Assembly (NCBI GenBank): GCA_038532355.1
Contig: JBCBAT010000016.1
Coordinates: 9,159 to 73,158, forward strand
Length of the DNA: 64,000 nucleotides
Origin: Pseudomonadota bacterium
Lineage (GTDB): Bacteria; Pseudomonadota; Alphaproteobacteria; Rhodobacterales; Rhodobacteraceae
Direction: 5' to 3'
Position numbers and translations under genes: made by a program. Shown here piece by piece: positions 17,336-26,123 of this stretch (the first letter of the stretch is position 1; each line of letters opens with the position of its first letter). The notes beneath the pieces were generated by a model. The model saw only the letters and a program-made list of their open reading frames with translations, was not told the DNA's origin and made no database searches.

Positions 17336-17371
17336 AAAAAACGGCCCCGGCGACAAAGCACCGGGGCCGTT
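17336..17371 (-). terminator. Rho-independent terminator of the sox operon
   Basis: ACGGCCCCGG-N10-CCGGGGCCGT perfect 10-bp stem with an A5 run (U5 on the minus strand), 17 nt past the soxF stop. Confidence 0.85.
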
Positions 17372-17387
17372 CAACATCAGATCAAGA

Positions 17388-18650
17388 TCAGCCGAACATG
17401 TCGGACGTGATGCCCGTGTACCAGCCTTCCGATTCCTCATAGGTCGCCTTGCGCACATCTGCGCTTTCGCCTGTTTGGGAAATGAAGCCATCCACCTTGG
17501 CGATCTTTTCTTCCGTCGCCTCGTAGGTCGCGCCCACTTTCACGCCGTCATTGGTCTCAATGAGCGACCAGCAGGTGTTGGAGAACTTGGCCGGGAACAC
17601 CTTCGATCCCGTCAGTGCCCCGCGCACGGCATTGGCGCAGACCTTGGCCTGTGAATTGGCCGAGAAGCCGGATTTGGGCATATCGCCCTGTTGGCTGGCA
17701 TCGCCCAGAACGTAGATGTCCGCGTCCGCCTTCGTGGACATATCCGCGGCGTTCACAGGCGCCCAGTTGCCATCGGTCACACCTGCCAGTTCCGCAATGC
17801 GGCCGGCCTTCATGCCCGGGATCACGTTGCAGACATCGACCTTGGTCACTTCCCCGTCGATCGACACGGTCATCGCACCGGGATCCACCGACACATTGCC
17901 ACCGCCGAAATCATCGCCGATCCAGTCAATCATGCCGGAATAGTGGTTGTTCCAGCCTTCCTCAAACAGCGCCTGCTTGGAAAACTTGGGCTTGGGATCG
18001 GCCACGAGGATCTTCGCGGTCGGGTTGTTGACCTTCAGATAATGCGCCACCATAGACACCCGCTCATAGGGGCCGGGCGGGCAGCGATAGGGGTTCGGCG
18101 GGGCGACCATGGCATAGGTGCCGCCCTGCGGCATGCTTTCCAACTGCGCGCGCAAGAGTTCCGATTGCGACCCGGCCTTGTAGGCATGCGGCATGGCGTT
18201 CTGCGCGGAAAGATCCCAGCCTTCGACCGACCCATCGACAAAATCGATGCCCGGGCTGAGGACCAGCTTGTCATAAGCCACCGATCCGCCACCTGCCAGA
18301 CCCACGGTCTTGGCGTCGCGATCCACGCCCACGGCCCAGTCATGGACCACGTTCACCCCATTCGCGGCCAGCCCGCCATAGGTGTGACCCAGATCATTCA
18401 TGTCCTTGAACCCGCCGATATAGAGGTTGGAGAAAAAGCAGGTGTAATAGCTGCGCGTAGGCTCAATGAGGGTGACATCCACCTCACCCTTGCTGTCCTT
18501 GGCGATGTAGCGCGCAGCCGTGGCCCCCCCGGCCCCGCCGCCCACGACAACCACACGCGGTTTGCCTTGCGCCATCACCATCGGCGCGGCCAAAGCGCCC
18601 GCGACGGCGGCGGCTGATCCGATAAATCCTCGTCTATTCAATGTCATCAT
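17388..18650 (-). CDS. soxF: Flavocytochrome c sulfide dehydrogenase flavoprotein subunit
   Basis: Tat NRRGFIG, VVVVGGGAGG, YRCPPGPYER, MPKSGFSANSQA, NTCWSL. Confidence 0.93.
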   Translation of the reverse strand: MMTLNRRGFIGSAAAVAGALAAPMVMAQGKPRVVVVGGGAGGATAARYIAKDSKGEVDVTLIEPTRSYYTCFFSNLYIGGFKDMNDLGHTYGGLAANGVNVVHDWAVGVDRDAKTVGLAGGGSVAYDKLVLSPGIDFVDGSVEGWDLSAQNAMPHAYKAGSQSELLRAQLESMPQGGTYAMVAPPNPYRCPPGPYERVSMVAHYLKVNNPTAKILVADPKPKFSKQALFEEGWNNHYSGMIDWIGDDFGGGNVSVDPGAMTVSIDGEVTKVDVCNVIPGMKAGRIAELAGVTDGNWAPVNAADMSTKADADIYVLGDASQQGDMPKSGFSANSQAKVCANAVRGALTGSKVFPAKFSNTCWSLIETNDGVKVGATYEATEEKIAKVDGFISQTGESADVRKATYEESEGWYTGITSDMFG

Positions 18651-18675
18651 ACTGTCTCCCATGTGATGATTTTTA

Positions 18676-19413
18676 TTATTCTAATTGGCCAAAATACGCG
18701 GCCAGCGCGGCGATCTCCTCATCGCCCAAACGCCCGGCAACCATTTGCATCACCGGGTGAGTCCTCGTTTTGTTTTTGTAGGCATGCATGGCGATCACGA
18801 AATCCTCCTCGGGCCAGAGCACGATGGATGGAATGCCGGTATCGCCGCCGGATGCCTGATGACAGGTTGTACATTCCCCGCTTAGATATTCACCGTATTC
18901 GGGGTCCCCCTTCAGCGCAAGGATCGCGGGATCAAGGTTATGATCACTCGCCTGTTTGGTGGGGGCGGCTTCGGGGATATCGGCCGGATCATCGGAAAAG
19001 GCGCGCAGATAGCCGATAAGCGTCGCCCGCTCGGATGCGTCTTTTATGCCTCGAAAGCTCATCCGCGTGCCGCTTGTCAGGCTGCGCGGGTCTTTCAGAA
19101 AGGCATCCAACATCTTGGCATCCCATGTCAGCGCGCCTGATTTTGCCCGCTGAAACGCCTCTGAATAGCGAAAATCCCCGTGGCTGCCCGCCACGCGCCC
19201 GAAAAGCCCGTTGAGATGCGGGCCAATCCCGTGTTCGGCCCCCTGTCCGATCTCATGGCAACCGCTGCATTGCTGAAACGCGTCCTCGCCCGCGGCCATC
19301 TGCGGATCAGCGGGGGCGTCGGCGGACGCCAGAACCACCTGCGCGGCGGTACCTTCCGCCAGCGCGGGTTCGGGGATGTCGGGCGTGGCGGAAAGGGCCG
19401 CCTCCTCACTCAC
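18676..19413 (-). CDS. soxE: Diheme cytochrome c SoxE (no recognisable signal peptide)
   Basis: Two CxxCH motifs (CSGCH, CTTCH), GPHLNGLFGR, GTRMSFRG; lies between soxD and soxF; GTG start overlaps the soxD stop by 8 nt. Confidence 0.82.
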   Translation of the reverse strand: MSEEAALSATPDIPEPALAEGTAAQVVLASADAPADPQMAAGEDAFQQCSGCHEIGQGAEHGIGPHLNGLFGRVAGSHGDFRYSEAFQRAKSGALTWDAKMLDAFLKDPRSLTSGTRMSFRGIKDASERATLIGYLRAFSDDPADIPEAAPTKQASDHNLDPAILALKGDPEYGEYLSGECTTCHQASGGDTGIPSIVLWPEEDFVIAMHAYKNKTRTHPVMQMVAGRLGDEEIAALAAYFGQLE

Positions 19414-20692
19414 CGAGAAAGGTGTTCAGGTACGCAATGATTGCTTCCTGATCTCCTTCCTTCTTGAGCCCACTGAATGCCATCTTGGTGCCTTTCATCG
19501 CGCCCTTTGGATCGGCGAGGAACGCGGACAGCGATGCTTCATCCCAGGTGCGGCCGTCCTCCATCGCGGCCTGGAAGACCTTGGAATAGGAAAACCCGTC
19601 CACCGATCCCATCACACGGCCCATCAGCGCATTAAGCTGCGGGCCGGATTTGTTCTTGGCCCCGTCGCCCACCGCGTGGCAGGCGGCACATTTCTTGAAC
19701 ACCTTTTCGCCTTGGGCCACCAGCGCGGCGGCCTCATCCACAGGTTCCGGCGCGGGGGCGGCGGCCTCCTCCTCTGGCTGCGCTGGAGCCTCTGGCACAA
19801 AGGCCGCGCCCTCGGCGGTAAACGACGGCAGTTCCACGTCGCGGTTGGGGTTCATTTCCGACACGCTGCCGCCTTCGGGCGGGGTATCCACAAGGAACAC
19901 GGTGCGCATGGTGATCGCGGCTTCATCCTTGCAGTTTTCCATGCAAGGCTCCCCGCGCCATTTGGAATATTCCAACTCCGGCCGGTCGTCGATGATGAAG
20001 CCCGTGGCGTTGTACATCTCAAACTCGGCGAAGTTTTCGTGGCTCAGCACGAAATCATCATCCACCTTGTCGTTGGAATAGAGGATATAGGCGACGATGG
20101 CATAGGTCTCATCCGCCGTCAGCGTGCCCGCCTCACCAAAGGGCATGGACCGGTTGATGTAATCCCACGCGGTCGACAGATGCGGCCAGTAAGACCCCAC
20201 CGTTTTCACCGGGTCTTCATCGGCCAGCGTATCAAACCCTCCGGCCAGAACGGGCCAGTTATCCACCCCTTCGGCGAAATCGCCGTGGCAGGCCGCGCAT
20301 TTTTCGGCGAAGACTTCTTCGCCCCAGAACACGTCTCCTTCACCTTCGGGCAGGCCGCGCCCATCGGGCAGAACATCGACATCCCACGCGGCAATCTCTT
20401 CCGGCAGGGCTGCGCGGCCCAAGCCGTAGCTGCCATCCGCCATCGGCGCAGGCGTGCTGAGATCGGCGACGCGGGTGAGCGCGGCCTCCTGTACCTCTGC
20501 GATCTTGGCGTCGAGGTCGGCGGCGCGTTCAGCCTCTGCCGCGGCGCGCTCTGACGTGGTGGCGACCTGCGTCTCAAGGCTCTCAATCCGGGTTTGGCCA
20601 TAATCACGATTGGCGATGAAGAGCGCCAAAGACAGCATCACGGCCACACCGCCAAAGATGGGCAGGTAGACAGTGTTAAGAGACTTCGACAT
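19406..20692 (-). CDS. soxD: Sulfane dehydrogenase diheme cytochrome subunit SoxD with an N-terminal anchor and stalk
   Basis: YGLGRAALPEEIAAWD, CAACHG, KTVGSYWP, SMPFG, second CAACHA domain. Confidence 0.93.
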   Translation of the reverse strand: MSKSLNTVYLPIFGGVAVMLSLALFIANRDYGQTRIESLETQVATTSERAAAEAERAADLDAKIAEVQEAALTRVADLSTPAPMADGSYGLGRAALPEEIAAWDVDVLPDGRGLPEGEGDVFWGEEVFAEKCAACHGDFAEGVDNWPVLAGGFDTLADEDPVKTVGSYWPHLSTAWDYINRSMPFGEAGTLTADETYAIVAYILYSNDKVDDDFVLSHENFAEFEMYNATGFIIDDRPELEYSKWRGEPCMENCKDEAAITMRTVFLVDTPPEGGSVSEMNPNRDVELPSFTAEGAAFVPEAPAQPEEEAAAPAPEPVDEAAALVAQGEKVFKKCAACHAVGDGAKNKSGPQLNALMGRVMGSVDGFSYSKVFQAAMEDGRTWDEASLSAFLADPKGAMKGTKMAFSGLKKEGDQEAIIAYLNTFLGE

Positions 20693-21941
20693 TTTCCGCG
20701 ATCCCTTCGGCGCTCACGTACCAGGTCTGGATACAGTTGTTGTGGTAGACAGCGTTTTCGCCCCGTTCTTCGCGCAGCTGATCCTTGGTGGGCTGCACGT
20801 AGCCCGTGTCATCCATCGCGCGCGCCTGCAGCAACATCGGCGCGCCGTCCCACTGGGTGTCCAGATAGAACCGCGTGAGCGCTTTCGGATCGCCCTGTTT
20901 GCCAAGACGGGCGGTTTCCCAGGTGATGCCGCCATCCTTGGACACATCGACGCGCGTGATTTGCCCATGCCCGGACCACGCAAGCCCCGAAATCACCAAG
21001 GGGCCCGCCCCGTGCTTGATGGGCATCTGAGGGCTGGGGGAGGTGATGACGGATTTTGCATCCATCACCCATGTCCATTTGCGCGCCGTGCCATCGGCGT
21101 AGACGTCCGTATATTTCGATGTCTCTTCGCGGCTTTCCACAGCGCGGTCCACCACCTCGATCCGGCGGATCCATTTGACCCACATATTGCCTTCCCACCC
21201 CGGCACCACCAGCCGCACCGGGTAGCCATGCTCCATCCGCAGCGCCTCCCCGTTGGCCTTGAAGGCAATGAGGCAATCATCCAGCGCCTTTTCCATTGGA
21301 ATGGACCGCCCGTTGGAAGACGCATCCGCCCCCTCCACATAGACCCAATTGTCGAGCGACAGATCGGCACCGGCCTCCTGCAAGAAGGTGCGCAGGGGCA
21401 CGCCGGTATATTCCATGTTGTGGATCATGCCGTGGGTGAACTGACAGCCATTGAGCTGCGCGCCCGCCCATTCCATGCCGGTATTGGCGGCGCATTCGCA
21501 GAAATAGGTGTGGTTTTCGCGGGGGAAGCGTTCGATGTCGTCATAGGAAAAGACCAGCGAGCGGTCGACCATGCCGTTGACCATCAGCCGGTAATCTTCT
21601 TTGCGCAGCTCAATCGCGCCGGAATGGTGCCTCTCAAACGCGCAGCCCTGCGGCGTGATCGTGCCTTCGAGCGCGTGAATGGGCGTGAAGTTGATCGAAC
21701 TGATCGGCGAGGCCGTCAGCCATTCCACATTGCGCCGCACCACGTGGGATTCAAATTCAATCGGCATGCCGTAGGGCGTTTCATCCACGCCTGCGCCGGT
21801 ATAGCTGGCCCAATCCTGCAATTCCGTGATCAACGGGTCAGGGCCGTCTGCTGCACTGGCCGCACCCGCGACGGTGCCTGCCGCCATAGCCGCCGACCCT
21901 TTCAGAAAGGCGCGGCGGGAGGTGTTTTTGATCTCACTCAT
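20676..21941 (-). CDS. soxC: Sulfane dehydrogenase molybdopterin subunit
   Basis: Tat SRRAFLK, AFERHHSG, FCECAAN, EHGYPVRLVVPGWEG, GLAWSG. Confidence 0.95.
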   Translation of the reverse strand: MSEIKNTSRRAFLKGSAAMAAGTVAGAASAADGPDPLITELQDWASYTGAGVDETPYGMPIEFESHVVRRNVEWLTASPISSINFTPIHALEGTITPQGCAFERHHSGAIELRKEDYRLMVNGMVDRSLVFSYDDIERFPRENHTYFCECAANTGMEWAGAQLNGCQFTHGMIHNMEYTGVPLRTFLQEAGADLSLDNWVYVEGADASSNGRSIPMEKALDDCLIAFKANGEALRMEHGYPVRLVVPGWEGNMWVKWIRRIEVVDRAVESREETSKYTDVYADGTARKWTWVMDAKSVITSPSPQMPIKHGAGPLVISGLAWSGHGQITRVDVSKDGGITWETARLGKQGDPKALTRFYLDTQWDGAPMLLQARAMDDTGYVQPTKDQLREERGENAVYHNNCIQTWYVSAEGIAENVEVS

Positions 21942-21955
21942 AAGGCCCTCATCTG

Positions 21956-23653
21956 TCAAACGCCGACAATTTCGACGCTGTTGTTTTCCGCCACCGTCAC
22001 GGTGCCCAGCTTGGCGATATGGGCTTCCACCACATCCCAGATCTGCGGCCCTTCGGTGTCCTCATTTACACTGGCCCATCCGGCCACGACGTAGTTGCGG
22101 GCGGGGTCGATGGGTTCGCCCGTGGCCAGCAAAGTCATGTTGGATATCCGGCTGCCCTGCGGCTGGCCCACGTCAATGCGGTAACCAAGCCCGCCCGTGC
22201 GCACCATGTCGCCGCCCTGCTGGTAATAGGGATCGGGGTTGAAGATGTTATCGGCCACGTCCTCCAGCACGACCTTGAGGAACTCGCCCGTGAATTCCGT
22301 GCGATAGGCCTCCCCATAGGACATGGACGTCACACCGAAAATGTCTTCCCGCGTGATATCCTGCCCGGGGATGAGGGATGGCCCCCAGCGCACACCGGGC
22401 GATAGCGCGATCTCCGCATCCCGTTCGCTCAGCAGCGCGTCGCAGATCAGATCATCCCATGTGCCGTTGAAATTGCCCCGGCGGTAGAGCAGGCTGTCGG
22501 TCTGGCCGATCACCTCCTCCATTTCCGCCTCAAAGGGCGCGCGTTCCATGTCAATGGCGGCAGCAACCTCAGCGTCCGGTTCAATCACATCGGCAAAGAT
22601 GGGGATCAGCTTGGTCTTGTAGCCCATCATCTGACCGTCGCGGATATCCAGATCCACGCGGGTGACAAACTTGCCGTTGGATCCCGACGGCAGGATAATT
22701 GTCTGCCCCACCAGCACCGGTTCGGGGAGCGCGTCATGGGTGTGGCCCGACAGGATGACGTCAATGCCAGGCACGACGCTGGCCATCTTCTTGTCCACGT
22801 CAAAACCATTATGGCTGAGCACGACAACGCATTCGGCCCCTAGGCTGCGCACCTCTTCAACCATCGCGGCCATGTTTTCATCGCGGATGCCGAAGGAGTA
22901 TTCGGGGAACATCCAGCGCGGATTGGCGATGGGCATGTAAGGGAACGCCTGCCCGATCACAGCCACCTTGGTGCCACCCCGTTCAAACATCTTGTAGGGC
23001 GGGAAAAGATCGGTGGGTTCATCCCATTCGGCATCAAAAATATTCTGGCCAAGTGCTGCGAAGGGCAAGCCTTCCACCAATTCTGCCACCCGGTCGGACC
23101 CCATGGTGAATTCCCAGTGAAAGGTCATCGCATCCGGGGAGAGCAGGTTCATCACGTTGACCATGTCCTGCCCTTGGGTCTTCAGCGTGGTGTAGGACCC
23201 GTGCCAGGTATCGCCCCCATCCAGCAGGATCGCATCGGGCCTGTCGGCGCGGATGGCCTTGATCACGGTGGCCACGCGATCAAGGCCACCCACCCGGCCA
23301 TAGGCCGCCGCCAGGGAGGAGAAATCACCGGAACTGAGCGCATAATGGCTGGGGCTGCCATCCTCGATTCCGTAAAGCTTGCGAAACGCCGCGCCCGTGA
23401 CATGGGGCACCGCACCCTTGTTGCCGCCCACGCCGATATTGATGTCGGGCTCGCGGAAATAGACGGGCTTCAACTGCCCATGAATATCCGTGACATGGAT
23501 GAGGGAGACATTGCCGAAGGTGTCAAATTCCAACAGCTGATCCTGCGTCAGCGCCTGCTGCGCGGCCAGCCGGGACCAATTGCCAAAGCCCGATCCGCCC
23601 AGGATGGCCGAGGCCGCCATGCCCACTTGCAGAAAATCACGGCGCGAAATCAT
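21956..23653 (-). CDS. soxB: Thiosulfohydrolase
   Basis: Tat SRRDFLQ, HVTDIHGQLKPVYFREP, LDGGDTWHGS, LSGHTHD, YQQGGDMVR. Confidence 0.96.
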   Translation of the reverse strand: MISRRDFLQVGMAASAILGGSGFGNWSRLAAQQALTQDQLLEFDTFGNVSLIHVTDIHGQLKPVYFREPDINIGVGGNKGAVPHVTGAAFRKLYGIEDGSPSHYALSSGDFSSLAAAYGRVGGLDRVATVIKAIRADRPDAILLDGGDTWHGSYTTLKTQGQDMVNVMNLLSPDAMTFHWEFTMGSDRVAELVEGLPFAALGQNIFDAEWDEPTDLFPPYKMFERGGTKVAVIGQAFPYMPIANPRWMFPEYSFGIRDENMAAMVEEVRSLGAECVVVLSHNGFDVDKKMASVVPGIDVILSGHTHDALPEPVLVGQTIILPSGSNGKFVTRVDLDIRDGQMMGYKTKLIPIFADVIEPDAEVAAAIDMERAPFEAEMEEVIGQTDSLLYRRGNFNGTWDDLICDALLSERDAEIALSPGVRWGPSLIPGQDITREDIFGVTSMSYGEAYRTEFTGEFLKVVLEDVADNIFNPDPYYQQGGDMVRTGGLGYRIDVGQPQGSRISNMTLLATGEPIDPARNYVVAGWASVNEDTEGPQIWDVVEAHIAKLGTVTVAENNSVEIVGV

Positions 23654-23674
23654 TCCTGTTGGTCCCTCTTACAT

Positions 23675-23690
23675 ATGCGCATAAGTGAAT
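23675..23690. promoter_or_regulatory. ATGC-N8-GAAT box upstream of soxB, candidate SoxR operator
   Basis: One mismatch to ATTC-N8-GAAT; sits between the post-soxA hairpin and the soxB start. Confidence 0.45.
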
Positions 23691-23701
23691 ATAGCGCCTG
23701 G

Positions 23702-23731
23702 AAAAAAGGCCCCGCCGCATGGCGAGGCCCC
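23702..23731 (-). terminator. Terminator-like hairpin after soxA
   Basis: GGCCCCGCC-GCAT-GGCGAGGCC (one mismatch) with an A6 run (U6 on the minus strand). Confidence 0.7.
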
Positions 23732-23743
23732 TTGTTGTTGGTC

Positions 23744-24574
23744 TCAGTTGCGGACGGACGGCGATTCCACCGAAAGGCCCTGCCCGCGCGACGCCAGATA
23801 CAGCTCCAGCGCCTTGAATTCCGGCCCGCCTTCGGCAAAGGGCGTGGCACGAATGTTCTTCATGCAGCCCTTGAACCGGCCATGGGTGGAATTCAACTTG
23901 GCGTTCTTCAACCGGTAGGTCGGGAAGCCATTGATCTGACCCTGGCTCAGGTGATCGGCGCGGATCATCACGCCGTAATTGTTTTCGTGGCAGTTGGAAC
24001 AGGACATATCGAGCTGCCCCACGCGAGTGTAGTAAAGTTCCTTGCCTTGCTCCCAAAACGGCGCGGCCTCACCATCAATGGCCACATCCACGGGCATCCC
24101 CCGCGATTGCAGACTGATCAACGCGGTCATGGAGGTCATTTTTCCCTTGGACCATTCCCAAGGCTCTGCGCCCATCCGCTCTGTCCGGCAATTGTTGACA
24201 AGGTCCTCCATCGCCACAAGCTCACCATCCTGAACCCGTGGAAGCGTCGGGCGCAGGCCTTTGAACTCAGCCACATCCGCGTGGCATGACGCGCAAGCCA
24301 TGTTTTCCGTGCCGTCCACCTTCTCCCAAAGGTCGATTGCCTTGTCGACAAACACCATGGCCGGATTTTCGAAATCATCGGTTTGCAGGTATTGCGTTTC
24401 GGGCGATCGGAAGCGCCACCCGGAATAGAGCGTATCCACGTTTTCCATATGCGCAGGCGCGGCCACTTCGGTGACCATCGCCTCGCCTTCCACGGTCAAC
24501 GTGTTGTTGTCCTGAGCCGTTGCGGTGCCTGCGGCACAGATCGCGGATGCGATCAGAAACCGTCTGAGTACCAT
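23744..24574 (-). CDS. soxA: SoxAX cytochrome subunit A (diheme type)
   Basis: CASCH and CSNCH, IRADHLSQGQINGFPTYRL, RFKGCMKNIRA, SVESPSVRN. Confidence 0.95.
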   Translation of the reverse strand: MVLRRFLIASAICAAGTATAQDNNTLTVEGEAMVTEVAAPAHMENVDTLYSGWRFRSPETQYLQTDDFENPAMVFVDKAIDLWEKVDGTENMACASCHADVAEFKGLRPTLPRVQDGELVAMEDLVNNCRTERMGAEPWEWSKGKMTSMTALISLQSRGMPVDVAIDGEAAPFWEQGKELYYTRVGQLDMSCSNCHENNYGVMIRADHLSQGQINGFPTYRLKNAKLNSTHGRFKGCMKNIRATPFAEGGPEFKALELYLASRGQGLSVESPSVRN

Positions 24575-24610
24575 GCTTGTCCCTCCCTTTGGCTGTCGAT
24601 CCGGTCTTCT

Positions 24611-24940
24611 TCAGGAGACCGTGATCGACTTGGCTGTCTCATAGATATCCCCGTCATCATCGTACCAGGTGAACTTGAATTCACCGGTCTCCGGCACGAC
24701 AGCGTCGAACTGGAAATAGGGGTTGGTGGAAATCGCGGGTTCCATCGCCACGTCGATCACGTTGTTGCCGTTAAAATCGGCCGTGAAGCGGTTGATGATG
24801 GACCGCGGGATGATGTTGCCATCATCGTCCTTGCGCTGGCCGCTTTCCATCTTGTGGCTGATCAACGTCTTGATCGTGATCGTCTCGCCTGCTGCGGCCG
24901 TCTTGGGGACCTTGACGCGGGGTTTTACACCAGATGCCAT
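24611..24940 (-). CDS. soxZ: Sulfur carrier subunit SoxZ
   Basis: IKTLISHKMESGQRKD, AISTNPYFQF, FTWYDDDG. Confidence 0.96.
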   Translation of the reverse strand: MASGVKPRVKVPKTAAAGETITIKTLISHKMESGQRKDDDGNIIPRSIINRFTADFNGNNVIDVAMEPAISTNPYFQFDAVVPETGEFKFTWYDDDGDIYETAKSITVS

Positions 24941-24962
24941 GTCATTCTCTCCTGAATTTGGG

Positions 24963-25385
24963 TCAGCCGCCGCAGCCGCCGATTGTCACTTTCACTTCGG
25001 CTTTGGCCATCTGGAAGGAACCGTCCTCCATCTTGGCCACCGCGATCACGTTCTGCGTGGTCGCAAGCCGGATCCGGGTTGAGGCACTGCGCGAGGCGCT
25101 CATGGGCCCGAACTTGAAGGTCGCCACGTTGGGCACCGGGTTGCCATCAGCAAAAAGCGTGATTTCCGCCGCACCCGGCGCATCCACGCCAATGGGCACC
25201 GTGTTGCCGTTTTCCGCAATCTCGGGCGAGGTCAGCGTCACACCGCCCTCGGCCACTTCCGCGCCACCGGTGAAGGCGGCGATCGCGTCTTCTGTCAGGC
25301 TTGCAAAAGCAGGCAAAGCGCCCATGGCGGCCATCGCCAGGGTGCTTGAACTGATTGCAAGCATGTTTCGCCGTGTCAGGGTCAT
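24963..25385 (-). CDS. soxY: Sulfur carrier subunit SoxY
   Basis: Tat TRRNML, PEIAENGNTVP, C-terminal VTIGGCGG swinging arm. Confidence 0.97.
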   Translation of the reverse strand: MTLTRRNMLAISSSTLAMAAMGALPAFASLTEDAIAAFTGGAEVAEGGVTLTSPEIAENGNTVPIGVDAPGAAEITLFADGNPVPNVATFKFGPMSASRSASTRIRLATTQNVIAVAKMEDGSFQMAKAEVKVTIGGCGG

Positions 25386-25433
25386 GTTGATCTCCGTATC
25401 GGATAGGTCAGTCGTATTGGTCAGTCAGTCGTC

Positions 25434-25889
25434 TTAGTCGTATTTCAGCGTCATCAGGTAGGCGACAACGTCTTCCACCTGCTGCGCCGTCAGGATCGAG
25501 GCACCGGCAAAATCATCCAGCGGTCGATTGTAGCCTGCATCGACATAGAAGGCCGGCATGATCGTGCCTTCGAACATCTCTTTCGAGTTGGTCACGATGC
25601 CCCGCAACTCCGCCTCGGACCACCGCTCAGAGACGCCATCCATGGGCGGGCCTACCTCCCCGTGGAAGGTTTCCTCCGAAAGGTCGTTGTTGACATGGCA
25701 CGCTAGGCAGTTGCCCTGTTTGCGGTTGGCAAAGATCGCGCGGCCCTTGACCGGATCGCCCGCCACGCCGGTCAATGATGCCTCCACGGTGCCATCTATA
25801 TAGCTTACATCGACCGGTTTGACGTCCTCCGCGAAGACGCTTGTCGACGCAAGCAGCAGCGCACAGGCCGTTCCAATTGCGTATTTCAT
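25434..25889 (-). CDS. soxX: SoxAX cytochrome subunit X
   Basis: GNCLACH, HGEVGPPMDGV, TIMPAFY, LTAQQVEDVVAYL. Confidence 0.95.
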   Translation of the reverse strand: MKYAIGTACALLLASTSVFAEDVKPVDVSYIDGTVEASLTGVAGDPVKGRAIFANRKQGNCLACHVNNDLSEETFHGEVGPPMDGVSERWSEAELRGIVTNSKEMFEGTIMPAFYVDAGYNRPLDDFAGASILTAQQVEDVVAYLMTLKYD

Positions 25890-25964
25890 GATCCCTCCCT
25901 AGGTCGATTCAGTGCCTCGGTTAAGATCAGCCTACTTCACAGGATCGTGTCCCGGCAAGAACAA

Positions 25965-25980
25965 ATTCAAAAACGTGAAT
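25965..25980. promoter_or_regulatory. ATTC-N8-GAAT box upstream of soxX, candidate SoxR operator
   Basis: ATTC-AAAAACGT-GAAT, perfect match, 76 nt upstream of the soxX start. Confidence 0.62.
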
Positions 25981-26052
25981 TTTTCAATCTGTTTGCAGGT
26001 GCAGCATTTTGCGAAACAATGTTTCCAGAAGCGCCTGCGTCCAAGCCGGGAT

Positions 26053-26117
26053 TTGAGTATTTTCAACCCAAAAGAAGCCGGGCCAAATCTGCCTTCTTTT
26101 GGGCCACAAATACTCAA
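26053..26117. repeat. REP-like palindrome family B (core)
   Basis: TTGAGTATTTTCAACCCAAAAGAAG...CTTCTTTTGGGCCACAAATACTCAA; related copies at 47569, 54482 and 59149, half copy at 43607. Confidence 0.85.
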
Positions 26118-26123
26118 TCGGTT

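Noticed and set aside
20673-22094. 473-aa plus-strand ORF opposite soxC (likewise 38701-40107, 29813-31504, 33572-34531, 12681-13736)
   Set aside because: Antisense shadows of well-supported genes in GC-rich DNA, with no recognisable motifs.
25408-25445. AGTCGT(ATT) repeated three times at the soxX stop and soxX-soxY gap
   Set aside because: Best explained as a slipped-strand micro-duplication of the soxX 3' end; no structure or functional cue.
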